Assembly: GCA_002315855.1 (NCBI GenBank)
Contig: DCIG01000084.1
Location: forward strand, 43,390-107,389
Direction of reading: 5' to 3'
DNA: 64,000 bases
Source of the DNA: Lentisphaeria bacterium UBA1732
GTDB taxonomy: Bacteria; Verrucomicrobiota; Lentisphaeria; Victivallales; UBA1829
Shown piece after piece: positions 1 through 10,658 of the stretch (positions are counted from its first letter, which is position 1; every line of letters begins with the position of its first letter). Under the pieces are notes generated by a model that was not told the origin of the DNA, ran no database searches, and was given only the letters and a program-made list of their open reading frames with translations. The position numbers and the translations under genes were made by a program.

Positions 1-23
1 TAAGGAAAGGAGTTTATGTTATT

Positions 24-2465
24 ATGGCAAACGTCCGTATCCGGAATTGGGCCGATGAAAAAGGTCTGAAATATAAAGATGTAATCGCCGCGCTGGAAGA
101 ATTCGGTTTCCCGAACAAAGTGCCGGCTTCCAATATTCCCCCTGAGGCTTTGCCGAAACTGGAACAGCGTTTCGGCGGAAAACAGGCGGCACCTGCTGCG
201 GTCCAGCCTGTGGCGGAAAAGAAGCCTGAGGCACCTGCGGTCCAGCCTGTGGCGGAAAAGAAGCCTGAGGCACCTGCGGTTCAGCCTGTGGCGGAAAAGA
301 AGCCCGTTCCGCAGTTTTCCAATCAGGTCAGCAAGCCGCAGTCTTCCCAAAAGAACAGCAATTCGCCGAAAAATAATTATCAGGGCGGGCACAATCAAAA
401 ACATTCCCGCGATGATGATGACGATGAGATGATGTCCCGCGGCGGGCACGGCAATGATTCGCACCGTGAAAAAATCGGTCATGGCAGCAACAAGCAGGGC
501 GGATTCTCCGGCGGCGGCCGCGACAACCGCAATGGCCGCGACAACCGTGATTTCCGCAACAACCGCGACAACCGGGACAATCGCGATAACCGCGACAATC
601 GGAAAGACCGCAACAATGATCGCCGTCAGCAGGCAGCACCGCGGTCCGAAGCAGAAACGTTTGATCAGGGCGCAGAGCGCGAAGTGCATCTGAAATCCCC
701 GATTATCGTGAAAGCACTTGCCGATGCGATGGGACACAAAGCGAACGAAGTCATCACCACATTGATGATGATGAATGTGCTTGCCACCATCAACCAGAAT
801 ATTGACGCAGAAGTCGCGCAGAAAGTCGCCGCCAAATTCGGCTGCAAACTGCTGATTGACCGCCGCGACAAGGAAATGCACCAGGCAATGTCCGAAGAGA
901 CGGAACAGGTCGCCCCCGAAGAACGCGAGTACGAGAGTTCCGCCCATGATTTGAAGGAACGTCCTCCGATTGTAACATTCATGGGACATGTGGACCACGG
1001 CAAAACATCATTGCAGGATGCAATCCGAAAAACGCATGTTACAGCCTCGGAATCCGGCGGTATCACCCAGCATATCGGTGCATCCGTGGTGAATGTCAAC
1101 GGGAAAACGATTACGTTCGTCGATACTCCGGGGCACGAAGCCTTCACGCAGATGCGCGCACGCGGTGCGAATGTAACTGATATTGTCGTGCTGGTGGTTG
1201 CCGCAGACGATGGATTCATGCCGCAGACGATTGAGGCCATGAATCACGCGAAAGCCGCCAATGTGCCGATTATCGTGGCCGTCAATAAAATGGACCTGCC
1301 GGAAGCCAATTTCGATAAGGTGCTTCTGAATATGCAGCAGCACATGCTGATGCCGGAAGACTGGGGCGGAGATGTCGCCGCAATCAAGGTGTCCGCACGT
1401 TCCGGACAGGGAATCCCCGATTTGCTGGAACGCATTCTGCTGGAAGCGGAAATGCTGGAACTGAAGGCGAACCCGAAGAATCCGGGACAGGCGTATGTGC
1501 TGGAATCTCAGCTGGAACAAGGTCTCGGCCCGACAGCCAGCATTGTGGTCAAAAACGGAACTGTCCGAGTCGGCGACGCTGTAATCTGCGGTCAGTATTA
1601 CGGGCGTATCAAAACCCTGATTGACAGCCGCGGCAAACGCGTTCCGCTTGCCGGTCCGGGTATGCCTGTGAAAGTAGTCGGATTGTCCGGTGTCCCCGAT
1701 GCCGGTACCAAACTGGCTGTGTGCGAATCACTTGCAGTGGCGAAACCCCTTGCCGAAGCCCGCGAAGCGGAAAGCCGCATTGAAGCTCTCGGACAGAAGA
1801 GCGGCGGCACCAATCTGGAAGCTCTCTTCTCCCAGATGGAAGACGGCAAGCGCAACGACCTGAAAGTCATTGTCAAAACAGACGTGCGCGGGTCCTCCGA
1901 AGCCATCGTGGAATCGCTGAAGAAAATCAGTTCCGAAAAAATCAAAATCGAAGTGATTCACTCCGACGTCGGCGCGATTACGGGGAATGACGTTCTGCTT
2001 GCGAGCAGTTCCGGAGCTATTGTCATCGGCTTCCACGTCCGCGTCAATCCGGGTGTAAACGAGCTTGCCAAGAAGGAAAAAGTCGAAATCCGGCTGTACA
2101 GTATCATCTACGAACTGCTGGAAGATATTACGGATGCACTGGCGGGGCGTCTGGAACCCGAAAAACGCGAAAAAGACGTTGCGACCGTGCGTATTCAGAA
2201 AATCTTCCATCTTTCCAACGGTCAGGACATTTGCGGCTGTCTGGTGGAAAAAGGAACAGCCAAGGTCGGCGCGAAAGCCCGCGTGTTCCGCGGCCGAGAA
2301 CTGCTGTTCAACGGAGAAGTCCGTTCGCTCCGTCATTTGAAAGACGATGTGAAGGAAGTTCGCGCCGGAATGGAATGCGGTATCCGTTTGGACAACTTCG
2401 CCGACTTTACCGAAGGCGACATAATTCAGCTTTACGAAATTGAGCTGAAAAAAGCAACTCTTTGA
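24..2465 (+). CDS. infB: Translation initiation factor IF-2
   Basis: 813-aa ORF. GTPase motifs [17 protein letters not shown] and NKMD. C-terminal IF-2 domains. Repetitive low-complexity N-terminal linker. Confidence 0.97.
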   Translation: MANVRIRNWADEKGLKYKDVIAALEEFGFPNKVPASNIPPEALPKLEQRFGGKQAAPAAVQPVAEKKPEAPAVQPVAEKKPEAPAVQPVAEKKPVPQFSNQVSKPQSSQKNSNSPKNNYQGGHNQKHSRDDDDDEMMSRGGHGNDSHREKIGHGSNKQGGFSGGGRDNRNGRDNRDFRNNRDNRDNRDNRDNRKDRNNDRRQQAAPRSEAETFDQGAEREVHLKSPIIVKALADAMGHKANEVITTLMMMNVLATINQNIDAEVAQKVAAKFGCKLLIDRRDKEMHQAMSEETEQVAPEEREYESSAHDLKERPPIVTFMGHVDHGKTSLQDAIRKTHVTASESGGITQHIGASVVNVNGKTITFVDTPGHEAFTQMRARGANVTDIVVLVVAADDGFMPQTIEAMNHAKAANVPIIVAVNKMDLPEANFDKVLLNMQQHMLMPEDWGGDVAAIKVSARSGQGIPDLLERILLEAEMLELKANPKNPGQAYVLESQLEQGLGPTASIVVKNGTVRVGDAVICGQYYGRIKTLIDSRGKRVPLAGPGMPVKVVGLSGVPDAGTKLAVCESLAVAKPLAEAREAESRIEALGQKSGGTNLEALFSQMEDGKRNDLKVIVKTDVRGSSEAIVESLKKISSEKIKIEVIHSDVGAITGNDVLLASSSGAIVIGFHVRVNPGVNELAKKEKVEIRLYSIIYELLEDITDALAGRLEPEKREKDVATVRIQKIFHLSNGQDICGCLVEKGTAKVGAKARVFRGRELLFNGEVRSLRHLKDDVKEVRAGMECGIRLDNFADFTEGDIIQLYEIELKKATL
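189..305 (+). repeat. In-frame 39/42-bp tandem repeat (3 copies) inside infB, encoding APA(A)[10 protein letters not shown]
   Basis: Read directly. Copies lie at 189-230, 231-269 and 270-305 and are nearly identical at the nucleotide level. Confidence 0.9.
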
Positions 2466-2758
2466 TTATTTGCAGGAATCTCTGTTCTTTGCAGACGGGA
2501 AGGAACTGAGGGTGTCCGGAGTTCAGAAAACGGACTTCAGATGGCTCAGAAAGACTTTCCCGGCATGGGACGGAGGTTCCTTATGTAGAGCGTGTCTCTG
2601 CTGTTGAACGGGTGATGGTTTCGTCATTGCCGGTGAAGAAAACGAGGGATGAGGCGGGCGAGTGATCAGCCGCCGCACCTCATTGTTCAAGTTTTCCCCG
2701 GTCATGATGACATCATGAAATCAGCGGCAGAGGCATCATAAAGATACAGGAGGTCATT

Positions 2759-3163
2759 ATGGGCCGTCATAACAGCCGGCATCCTGTCGCATCCATCGAC
2801 AGAATAGCCCGTGTCAATGAACTTTTGAAGCGTTCATTGGCCGATAATATGGAAACGCTCGGTTTCAATGAAAACGGGAAGATTGTTTCCATTACCCGCG
2901 TTCACTGCTGTTCTTCCCTGAAGAATGCGACCGTTTATGTCAGCGTTCTCGGTGCGGAAAATGAAGAGGAAGAACGAGCGATTCTTCAGAAAATACTGAA
3001 GAGGAAGAGTGAACTTCAAATGCTGATGTCTCAGGAAGTTATCCTGAAATATACACCCGTTCTGCACTTTGTTTTGGACCATTCCGTTGCAGAAGGCGAC
3101 CATGTGCTGGAACTCATTATGAAAATGGAAGATTCGGGGGAGGTCGAAGATGCCGGCCGGTGA
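2759..3163 (+). CDS. rbfA: Ribosome-binding factor A
   Basis: 134-aa ORF directly after infB. RbfA-like core (VSITRVHCCSSLKNATVYVSVLG). AGGAGG-like RBS upstream. Confidence 0.9.
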   Translation: MGRHNSRHPVASIDRIARVNELLKRSLADNMETLGFNENGKIVSITRVHCCSSLKNATVYVSVLGAENEEEERAILQKILKRKSELQMLMSQEVILKYTPVLHFVLDHSVAEGDHVLELIMKMEDSGEVEDAGR

Positions 3164-4154
3164 TTTTGCCGCCATGTCGGAACTGCTTCAGTCTGTGAAA
3201 GATTCCGACAAGCCGATTCTGGTGATTACCCACGAATGGCCCGACGGCGATGCGGTCGGCTCCTCTGTGGGGCTTTGTTCTCTGCTGAATGCAAACGGAT
3301 GGAAAGCAGAAGTTTATCTTCCGGCAATGATTCCGGATGCCTATCGTTCTTTTGTGCCGGAGAAACTTGCTGTGTTCAGCAATGAGGACATCAATACCAA
3401 ATATTCCATGGTAGTGAATACCGATGCGTCCACGGTGGACAGGCTGGAACTCGGAACAGCAGAGTTCAAGTCGATTACCATTCCGTTTCTGACGTTTGAC
3501 CATCATCCCGATGATGAAATGTTCGGCACGATGAGCTGTGTGAACCCGAAAGCATCGTCCGCGTGTGAGCTGGTTTGCCGTTTTGCGGTCAATCAGGGAT
3601 GGACGATTCCGTCTGATGCCGCGACAGCACTTTTCCTTGGCACAGCCACAGATACGGGATGCTTCCGCTTTGCGAACACCACAGCGGGGACCCACGAGGC
3701 CGCCATGAAACTTCTCGAATGCGGAGCCGATCAGGAACGTGTCATCAATGAGGTGTATTTCTCGAAACCGGTTTCGATGCTGCGATTTGAAACAGAGCTG
3801 ATGAGCAATATTCAGTTTGATTTCGACGGGGCATTGGCCTGGGTATGGGCTTCCCGCGAACTGCTGGACAAGTACGGCATCAATCTGAAAGACATTGAGC
3901 AGGTGATTGAGATGGTGCGGGGATTGAAAGGCGTGGTAGTCGCCGCAGTGGTCAAACCGACATCCAATCCCGGCATATTCCGGGTTTCCCTGCGTTCCAA
4001 AGATCCGACTGTGTCGGTGGGGAGAATCGCCCGTCAGCTTCGCGGAGGCGGACATGAAGCGGCAGCGGGATGCTCGATTTTCGCCGCTACGCCGAATGAC
4101 TGTTTTGATGCGCTGCGCCGTTATGTCAGGAGGGAATTGCGGCATGAACCGTGA
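3150..4154 (+). CDS. DHH/DHHA1 phosphoesterase (NrnA-like oligoribonuclease/pAp phosphatase)
   Basis: Motifs HEWPDGDAVGS, DTGCFRFANTT, DHH (FDHHPDD) and GGGHEAAAG. Confidence 0.85.
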   Translation: MPAGDFAAMSELLQSVKDSDKPILVITHEWPDGDAVGSSVGLCSLLNANGWKAEVYLPAMIPDAYRSFVPEKLAVFSNEDINTKYSMVVNTDASTVDRLELGTAEFKSITIPFLTFDHHPDDEMFGTMSCVNPKASSACELVCRFAVNQGWTIPSDAATALFLGTATDTGCFRFANTTAGTHEAAMKLLECGADQERVINEVYFSKPVSMLRFETELMSNIQFDFDGALAWVWASRELLDKYGINLKDIEQVIEMVRGLKGVVVAAVVKPTSNPGIFRVSLRSKDPTVSVGRIARQLRGGGHEAAAGCSIFAATPNDCFDALRRYVRRELRHEP

Positions 4155-4911
4155 TTCAAGTCGTCCGGAACGGCCACAGCTTCCGCCCTTTACGGAAAAT
4201 GGCATTCTGCTGATCAACAAGCCGTCCGGCTGGACCAGCAACGATGTCGTGTCGTTTCTGCGTGCCCGTTTCAATGTCTCGAAAGTGGGGCATTGCGGCA
4301 CGCTGGATCCTGCGGCGACCGGACTTCTGATTGTCGTATTCGGAGCTTATACCAAATTCAGCATTGATTTTTCCGGACAGGACAAAGCATACGAGGCAAA
4401 AGTGCTGTTCGGCACGGAGACCGACACACAGGATATGGACGGGAAAGTCATCCGTACCGGTGATATTTCCGGTCTTACGGAAGAACAGGTGCGGGAAACC
4501 GTTATGTCGTTTCTCGGCGACAGTATGCAGGTTCCGCCCATGGTTTCCGCGATTAAGCTGAATGGCAAAAAACTCTGCGATTTGGCGCGCAAAGGCAAAG
4601 AAGTTGTGCGGGAGCCGCGTCCGATTACGATTCATTCCATTCAAATTGACAAAATCGAACTGCCGTATGCCGAATTCACGGTGTCGTGTTCCAAAGGCAC
4701 ATACATTCGTTCTTTGGCTTCCGACATCGGCGAAAAACTCGGCTGCGGTGCTGTTCTCTGCCGTCTGAACCGCATTGCCAGCGGCAGTTTTCACCTGAAC
4801 GATGCAATTCCGCTGGATGAGGTTCGCGAATGGACACAGGCAGACCTGTCCCGTTCTCTTTCTTATTTCCAGCATCATATCCTGTGCAAGACCCCCGGTT
4901 TTATTTTCTGA
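4144..4911 (+). CDS. truB: tRNA pseudouridine(55) synthase
   Basis: Catalytic motif GHCGTLDPAATGLL. I prefer the ATG at 4144 (MNRDSS...) over the ORF-track start at 4054, which lies deep inside the upstream gene. Confidence 0.93.
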   Translation: MNRDSSRPERPQLPPFTENGILLINKPSGWTSNDVVSFLRARFNVSKVGHCGTLDPAATGLLIVVFGAYTKFSIDFSGQDKAYEAKVLFGTETDTQDMDGKVIRTGDISGLTEEQVRETVMSFLGDSMQVPPMVSAIKLNGKKLCDLARKGKEVVREPRPITIHSIQIDKIELPYAEFTVSCSKGTYIRSLASDIGEKLGCGAVLCRLNRIASGSFHLNDAIPLDEVREWTQADLSRSLSYFQHHILCKTPGFIF

Positions 4912-4946
4912 ACTGTACCGCATGACGCGGGAGGAGAGATACGATA

Positions 4947-6563
4947 ATGAAAATCACCGCTGATACGATTGACCGTTTTTTCTATCAATTTCTGGATACG
5001 GGGCGCAAGCCGGTTTTTCAGAGAGATGAAATCATTCAGTATATCATAGCCCGGACCGATGCGGGGAAAGATGATTTCGACCGTATCGAACGCAACGTCG
5101 ATATGCTGCTGCAAGGGGATTCAGGACTGCTTTATGATGTGGAGAAGGCCTCTGTTGCACGCCGTTCCGCCCTATTTTCCGGGGCTCGTTTTCGTATTGT
5201 TCCGACCGTGCTGGAACTGCAGAACAATGTTCTGATTCCCGGCGACCGCTTTGCGCCATTCTGCAACAGTGAAGTCTTCCCCGATGAATATATGCTGTTC
5301 GGGCAGGGGAGCAGAAAACAGTTTGAAATCGTTCCATTTTCCGCATCGTTCGGAAGCATTATCCCGATTCATACGTTCCTCGGACGTTCCGGCATTTACG
5401 ATCTTGTGGTTGCCGAATCGGAGGAAAACCGCCGCCGTCTCCATGCCGCGCACAATCCCATTCAGACGGCTGTGGAAATTTCCGCTTTTGATTTATCTGA
5501 TTTCTATCTGAAGAACCATTTCCGTTTCGGGGATGCGGTTATCGTAACCGTTGAAGACTGGGGTGCCTGCAAATTCTCGCTTGAGTACCGTCCGAAAGAA
5601 ATCGCGCCCTCCAAATCGGAGATGTTCGACTGGATAGCCGCCTTTGAAGAAGCTCTTTTACGCGTCTGCGATCTCTACGAAGACTTTTTTGAAATTCCCG
5701 AGCAATTCGCCTATGGTTTCTTTTTCGCCAGGGAAAACGGACACAATCTGCTGAACGAACCTGTCGTTTCCGCCGAGGAATATTATCTGAATATGACTGA
5801 CATCACCATTCATACGGACACCCCTGAATGGTATCTTGTTTCTGCGGATTCCGTGCGTCAGGCGGGCTCTGATGATTCTTCCTGCGAACATGACCGCGAT
5901 GACCATCCATGCACCTGCAATCATGACCATGACGATCATCCGTGTACCTGCGGTCATGACCACAACCATGCTCCTGTGATGAAACCCGGACAGGAACCCA
6001 AAAGCGGGGAAGTTGTTCCCGGTCTTTCCGGCAGTGATTTCTCCGTGTCGACGGGAAAAATCGACTCGCTGGATGCGATTCTGGCAGACGTCAATGCCCC
6101 CATCGGTACGACGGAATTATTTGCCATGGTGCTGGATTCCATTGGAAATTCCGTCTCGTTTGAAGCCTTCCGGGCCTCCATCCTTGACCGTATCGATCAG
6201 GATTTTGCGGACGATGCGCAGGAAGTCGCATTCCTGAATTTTCTCGAAGAGAACTGGGAATACGGCGAAGAAATATACCGTCCGTCCGCCGATGCCGATA
6301 AGATGCCGTACCGCACCCGTCTCCTGGATTTGGACGAACAGCGTATTGAGTTCTCCAAACAACTTCTGTCTTCCAACAATCAGGCGCGTTTGCAGGAAAT
6401 CACGCCGAAACTCCGCCATTTCCACAAGTCTCTGATTGAAACACTCGCGCTGCTGAATACGGACGATGAACTGCCCGACGGCGAGGAACGTGAACAGCTT
6501 TCCGCCCGCATTGACGACCTGGAAGACCTTTGGGACGACATTGCGCTGGATTCGGAGGTCTGA
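4947..6563 (+). CDS. Hypothetical acidic protein with an internal His/Asp/Cys-rich duplicated motif
   Basis: 538-aa ORF in the same orientation as truB. No family recognised. Carries CEHDRDDHPCTCNHDHDDHPCTCGHDHNH. Confidence 0.6.
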   Translation: MKITADTIDRFFYQFLDTGRKPVFQRDEIIQYIIARTDAGKDDFDRIERNVDMLLQGDSGLLYDVEKASVARRSALFSGARFRIVPTVLELQNNVLIPGDRFAPFCNSEVFPDEYMLFGQGSRKQFEIVPFSASFGSIIPIHTFLGRSGIYDLVVAESEENRRRLHAAHNPIQTAVEISAFDLSDFYLKNHFRFGDAVIVTVEDWGACKFSLEYRPKEIAPSKSEMFDWIAAFEEALLRVCDLYEDFFEIPEQFAYGFFFARENGHNLLNEPVVSAEEYYLNMTDITIHTDTPEWYLVSADSVRQAGSDDSSCEHDRDDHPCTCNHDHDDHPCTCGHDHNHAPVMKPGQEPKSGEVVPGLSGSDFSVSTGKIDSLDAILADVNAPIGTTELFAMVLDSIGNSVSFEAFRASILDRIDQDFADDAQEVAFLNFLEENWEYGEEIYRPSADADKMPYRTRLLDLDEQRIEFSKQLLSSNNQARLQEITPKLRHFHKSLIETLALLNTDDELPDGEEREQLSARIDDLEDLWDDIALDSEV

Positions 6564-6695
6564 CAGAAAACACCCGTAAAACAAATCTTTTGCGCAGGGT
6601 GCAGAGATGTTCCACGCCTGAAGATAACAAATATACCTGAGGGTATCCCGGTGGATTGAAATCGGGGCATCCTGAAATCATGAAAGGATTTTGAC

Positions 6696-8567
6696 ATGCC
6701 TGAAAAGACTTTGTTTCTTGCTGTTGTATTGTCTGCCATGTCGTTGTGCCCGCTGTTTGCCCAGAGTTTTTCCATGGGCGGCATGAGCGTTTCAAACGGT
6801 GCCAGTCAAGTTCCTGTGAATCCAATCAAGTCCCAAGTAAACAGCAATCCCTACTATCGTGAAATCATCAAGGGCTGTGAACGGACCAAATCCGATAATC
6901 TGGCGAAAACGCTGGCATCGCTGAAATCGAATCCTGAACTTCTTGAAGCCCAGCTGAACAGCCCCACACTGATGTCCCCGCTGTATTACGCCATCAATGC
7001 CAACAAGCCGGACAATGTGGCATTGCTCCTCAAGTACGGCGCGAATCCGAACCATGCGATTACCATAAAGGAATACCGGGCTTTCACCAAGGAAGTTACA
7101 TCGGTTTTCATTGACAAAAACAAGGTTGATGAGTATGGCTATACGCCTCTTTCATTTGCCTGCTCGCGCGTGAGTGTCTCCTCGTCCGACCGGAAAGCCA
7201 CACGCGCCATCATAGAGCTGCTTCTGAAAAATGGAGCAGACTGTAATGCCGTGGTAAGGGATGAAGAGTCGGACGATGACGACAAATCCTCCAAAAAGAG
7301 CAAAAAAGATGAACGGAAAGAGAGCAAGCCGCCCGCACTGATTCTGGCCGAACGTGAAATGCTGGACGAACTGCAGCTTCTCATCGATTCCGGCAATCTG
7401 GATTTCAAATCTCCGAATCTTCTGGATTATCTCGAATCCAACAAAAACGACAAGGGGGCAAAACTCCTGATTGCCGCCCGTGCGAATGCCAAACAGCGGA
7501 AAGACAAGGCAGATACCGCCGCTTCGCTGAAACCGGCGTATTCAGGGCATCCTGAACTGACGTTCGATCAGGCTGTCGCCAACAAAAACAAAGAGGAACT
7601 GATCAAGTACATGGGGATTCTGGATTCTCTGGACAAGCCTCTCCCCGACAACAAACTTGACCAGACTCCGCTGATTCGCGCCGCTTATCTGAACAGTCCG
7701 TTTGCCGTTGAGCTCCTCCTTAAATACGGAGCCTCGTGCGAACCGGAAGACACGCTGTTCTGCAATGCGCTGGCGTATGCCAAAATGAATGACTGCCAGC
7801 CCGTGATTGAGCTGCTGGAAGCCGCGGGTGCCAAAATGCCCGACTGCGTTACTTTGGAGCAGGCTGTCCGTCAGAACCGTCCTGACATGATTGAGAAAAT
7901 TGTTCTGGAAGAACGCAAGAAAACGATGTATCTCGCGCCTTTGCTGAACAAAAATCTGACATTGGCGGTGTCTCTGAAACGCATCAAGGCATTCTCCAAA
8001 CTCATTGAAATGGGGGGCAATCTGAACCAGCTGGTCGTGAACAAGAATATTCCCATTGTCTTTGCCTTTATTGATTTGGGGTATGCGGATTTTCTTGCGG
8101 CTTCGCAGGGGCATTCCTATCAGCTTGATTTGCGCGTCAAGCATCCGGTCAGAAAACTGCCGCCGCTCAGCTATGCGCTGGAAACGGCGAAACCCAATCA
8201 GGTCGAAGTCGTGAAAACACTTATCAAACTTGGTGCAGACCTGAATCTCACTGCGACTGCGGCGAAAAAAACTCCTCTGATGTTTGCCGCCGAAAGCGGA
8301 AATCAGGAGCTTGTGAACCTTTTGATCAGTGCAGGCGCAAATCCCGGACTGAAAGACGCTGACGGCAAAACGTATCAGAGCTACATGAAGAAAGCAGCGG
8401 ATACGGTTACGACTTCCACGCAGAAGAAAACGACTTCCGGCAAAACAACTTCGTCAAGCTCGAAAAACACCAAAAGCACTTCATCCGCATCGGCGGATAA
8501 ATCGGTTGTTTCCGTGATTGATTTGAACTCCATTTCGGTGAAAGAATCCGACAAAGCGGGACAATAA
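6696..8567 (+). CDS. Secreted ankyrin-repeat protein
   Basis: N-terminal signal-like peptide (LFLAVVLSAMSLCPLFAQS). Multiple ANK units (e.g. TPLMFAAESGNQELVNLLISAGANPGLKDADGKT). Acidic/lysine-rich insert and a Ser/Thr-rich tail. Confidence 0.85.
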   Translation: MPEKTLFLAVVLSAMSLCPLFAQSFSMGGMSVSNGASQVPVNPIKSQVNSNPYYREIIKGCERTKSDNLAKTLASLKSNPELLEAQLNSPTLMSPLYYAINANKPDNVALLLKYGANPNHAITIKEYRAFTKEVTSVFIDKNKVDEYGYTPLSFACSRVSVSSSDRKATRAIIELLLKNGADCNAVVRDEESDDDDKSSKKSKKDERKESKPPALILAEREMLDELQLLIDSGNLDFKSPNLLDYLESNKNDKGAKLLIAARANAKQRKDKADTAASLKPAYSGHPELTFDQAVANKNKEELIKYMGILDSLDKPLPDNKLDQTPLIRAAYLNSPFAVELLLKYGASCEPEDTLFCNALAYAKMNDCQPVIELLEAAGAKMPDCVTLEQAVRQNRPDMIEKIVLEERKKTMYLAPLLNKNLTLAVSLKRIKAFSKLIEMGGNLNQLVVNKNIPIVFAFIDLGYADFLAASQGHSYQLDLRVKHPVRKLPPLSYALETAKPNQVEVVKTLIKLGADLNLTATAAKKTPLMFAAESGNQELVNLLISAGANPGLKDADGKTYQSYMKKAADTVTTSTQKKTTSGKTTSSSSKNTKSTSSASADKSVVSVIDLNSISVKESDKAGQ

Positions 8568-8610
8568 AACATTTCTGCAAAAGTTCGTTTCTGCAAAATT
8601 TTTTCCGGTT

Positions 8611-10227
8611 ATGAAAAAAATCCTGAATAAAATACGTTCTCTTCTGACTTCTTCCGAGATCCCAAGCCCAAACCGTTCGGGCTGGAAACTGACTCGCGGG
8701 GAGACCGTTGTATGGGGCTGTTTTATCATATTGAGTTTTATCACGTTATGGTATCATGAACCATGGCGCGACGAGGCACAGGGCTTTTTGCTGGCGCGAG
8801 ATTTATCGATACCCGGCTTATTTGCCCACATGAATCACGAAAGCCAGTTTATCCTATGGTATCTTTTTTCATGGCCTTTTGTGCATCTTCTGCATTTCAA
8901 TATGTTTGCGCTCAGCACTCTGCATTGGATGATTGCGTGTTTCACCGCATTTCTGATTATCCGCCATGCACCGTTCCGCCTGATTGCCCGTGCCGCGATT
9001 CTTTTTTCCATGCCGTTTTTCTTTGAGTACACGGTCATAACGCGGCACTATCAGATTGGTATTTTTCTTCTGACGGTACTTCTGGTTTTCTGGAAGCACC
9101 GCTGCGAACGCCCCTTGACCTTTGCCGCGATTCTGGCGGTTGCCGCGTCGTCAAATCTTCCGATTTGGGGATGCCTCGGCAGTATGTGCCTCGTGATTCT
9201 GATTGAATGTATCATCGCCCGGCGTTTCGGCTGGCGTATCTGGTGCGCCATGCTGATTTGTGCGCTTGGCTTCGGGGCGGCGGCACTGGAAATCTACAAC
9301 TGGCACGGCGGTTTCGGTTCCGCGCAGATTGTTTCGGGAGCCAGTTTTTCGGTCAAAATGGAGCCGATGCGGTATTTGTATCACGCCTGCTACTTCTATG
9401 CGCAGACACTCAAACTGCCCATGCTCGGAGGTCTCATCGTTACCATCATAGCCATCGCATATTTCTCGCGCTGCTGGCGGGCACTCGTTTTTTACCTTGC
9501 GAATACGCTTTATGTGTTCGCCCTCATGTATTACGGGCAGTTTCATTCCATGCGGCACGTGGGTTTTTTTCTGGTCGGAGCCGTGGTCGCCTGCTGGCTG
9601 GAATCGCTGGAACGTATTGAGCGGCGTTCTTCCGGCATGTGCAAGCCTGAAACACGTCTGCGCCGTCTGATCAGCCGTACAGCGTGGTGCATGGCGGCTC
9701 TGATTTTTGCCGAAGAAATCATCCTTTCCGTGCTGTTTATGGTCAGCGAGATACTATATCCGTTTTCTCATGGACGTGCCACGGCGGAATTTATCAGGAA
9801 ACGCTATCCGGAAGGCGTTTTGGTCTGCTGCTACACAGCACGTCAGACTGTTTCCGTGCTCGCCTATTTGGACAATCAGTCCTATATTTTTGACCGCAGT
9901 GAAATGGGGTCTTTCTCGAAATGGGGCAAGGTAAAACCGAAAAATATGATGATGCTCAGCGATGAAATATTCAAAATACTTCCTCCCGAATCCATGGCTG
10001 TGCTGGCGGTTTTCTCAGGCAATGAACATCCAAATAATGCGCCTCCGAATTACTATCTGCGATACTTCTCCGGCAATGAGGAGAAGCCTCTGTGGAGTCC
10101 TTACGGAGAAACATTCTACATCTATGAGATTTTCCGTCCGAGTTATTTGGGAATCGATATATCCAATGTACAGCGAAGTACTTTTGATTTTCACACAATG
10201 CGTTTCCCCACAGCGAGTCCGTGGTAA
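8611..10227 (+). CDS. Large polytopic membrane protein (possible GT-C-type glycosyltransferase; family unresolved)
   Basis: 538-aa ORF with many hydrophobic helices followed by a soluble C-terminal part. Confidence 0.7.
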   Translation: MKKILNKIRSLLTSSEIPSPNRSGWKLTRGETVVWGCFIILSFITLWYHEPWRDEAQGFLLARDLSIPGLFAHMNHESQFILWYLFSWPFVHLLHFNMFALSTLHWMIACFTAFLIIRHAPFRLIARAAILFSMPFFFEYTVITRHYQIGIFLLTVLLVFWKHRCERPLTFAAILAVAASSNLPIWGCLGSMCLVILIECIIARRFGWRIWCAMLICALGFGAAALEIYNWHGGFGSAQIVSGASFSVKMEPMRYLYHACYFYAQTLKLPMLGGLIVTIIAIAYFSRCWRALVFYLANTLYVFALMYYGQFHSMRHVGFFLVGAVVACWLESLERIERRSSGMCKPETRLRRLISRTAWCMAALIFAEEIILSVLFMVSEILYPFSHGRATAEFIRKRYPEGVLVCCYTARQTVSVLAYLDNQSYIFDRSEMGSFSKWGKVKPKNMMMLSDEIFKILPPESMAVLAVFSGNEHPNNAPPNYYLRYFSGNEEKPLWSPYGETFYIYEIFRPSYLGIDISNVQRSTFDFHTMRFPTASPW

Positions 10228-10391
10228 TATTTTTGATATTATCCATCGTTTTTTTCAAACTCTTATGCAAAAACTCCTGAATTGATTCAGATTCGTTCGA
10301 TTCAGGCGTTTCCTGCTGTGCAGAGGAATGAAAGATTCATGAAAATAAATGCTGTCACTCTGTTTTTTCGATTATCCTCTGCTGCGTGATT

Positions 10392-10658
10392 TCATTTTTG
10401 AATGCGGTTCTGAAATGCGTTCAGAAATTGCATCCGGCTTTCTTCATTCCCGATTTCTTTTCTTGACAAGTTAATGATATGCAGGAAGTAATCCCTGATT
10501 TTTTTCAGAAACAGGCCTTTCGGCGTGAGAGAAAGATAGGTCTGATGTTTGTTTTTGCAGGGGATTCTGCGCACGATAATGTCATCGTGTTCCAGCGCAT
10601 CCACAGTTTGCGAAAGCGTAGCGGTTTCCATCGGGAAACATTGAATGATGGACTTCAT
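10392..10658 (-). CDS. Small winged-helix (MarR-like) regulator fragment, possibly the 3' part of a frameshifted gene
   Basis: 88-aa ORF with recognition-helix/wing-like ATLSQTVDALEHDDIIVRR...LSLTPKG. The N-terminal helices appear in another frame upstream (see findings). Confidence 0.45.
   Translation of the reverse strand: MKSIIQCFPMETATLSQTVDALEHDDIIVRRIPCKNKHQTYLSLTPKGLFLKKIRDYFLHIINLSRKEIGNEESRMQFLNAFQNRIQK

Noticed and set aside
22-273. 83-aa minus-strand ORF with its own PQAGPQ repeat at the start of the window
   Set aside because: It is the antisense reading of the infB tandem repeat. The repeat periodicity is inherited from the sense strand.
2466-2758. Possible DUF503 (ylxP-like) gene or pseudogene in the 290-bp infB-rbfA gap
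   Set aside because: All three forward frames are interrupted by stops within 15-50 codons. The faint resemblances (e.g. RKR...ERLSRHGTEVPYVE) are too weak to call by eye. This could be revisited with an HMM or tblastn search.
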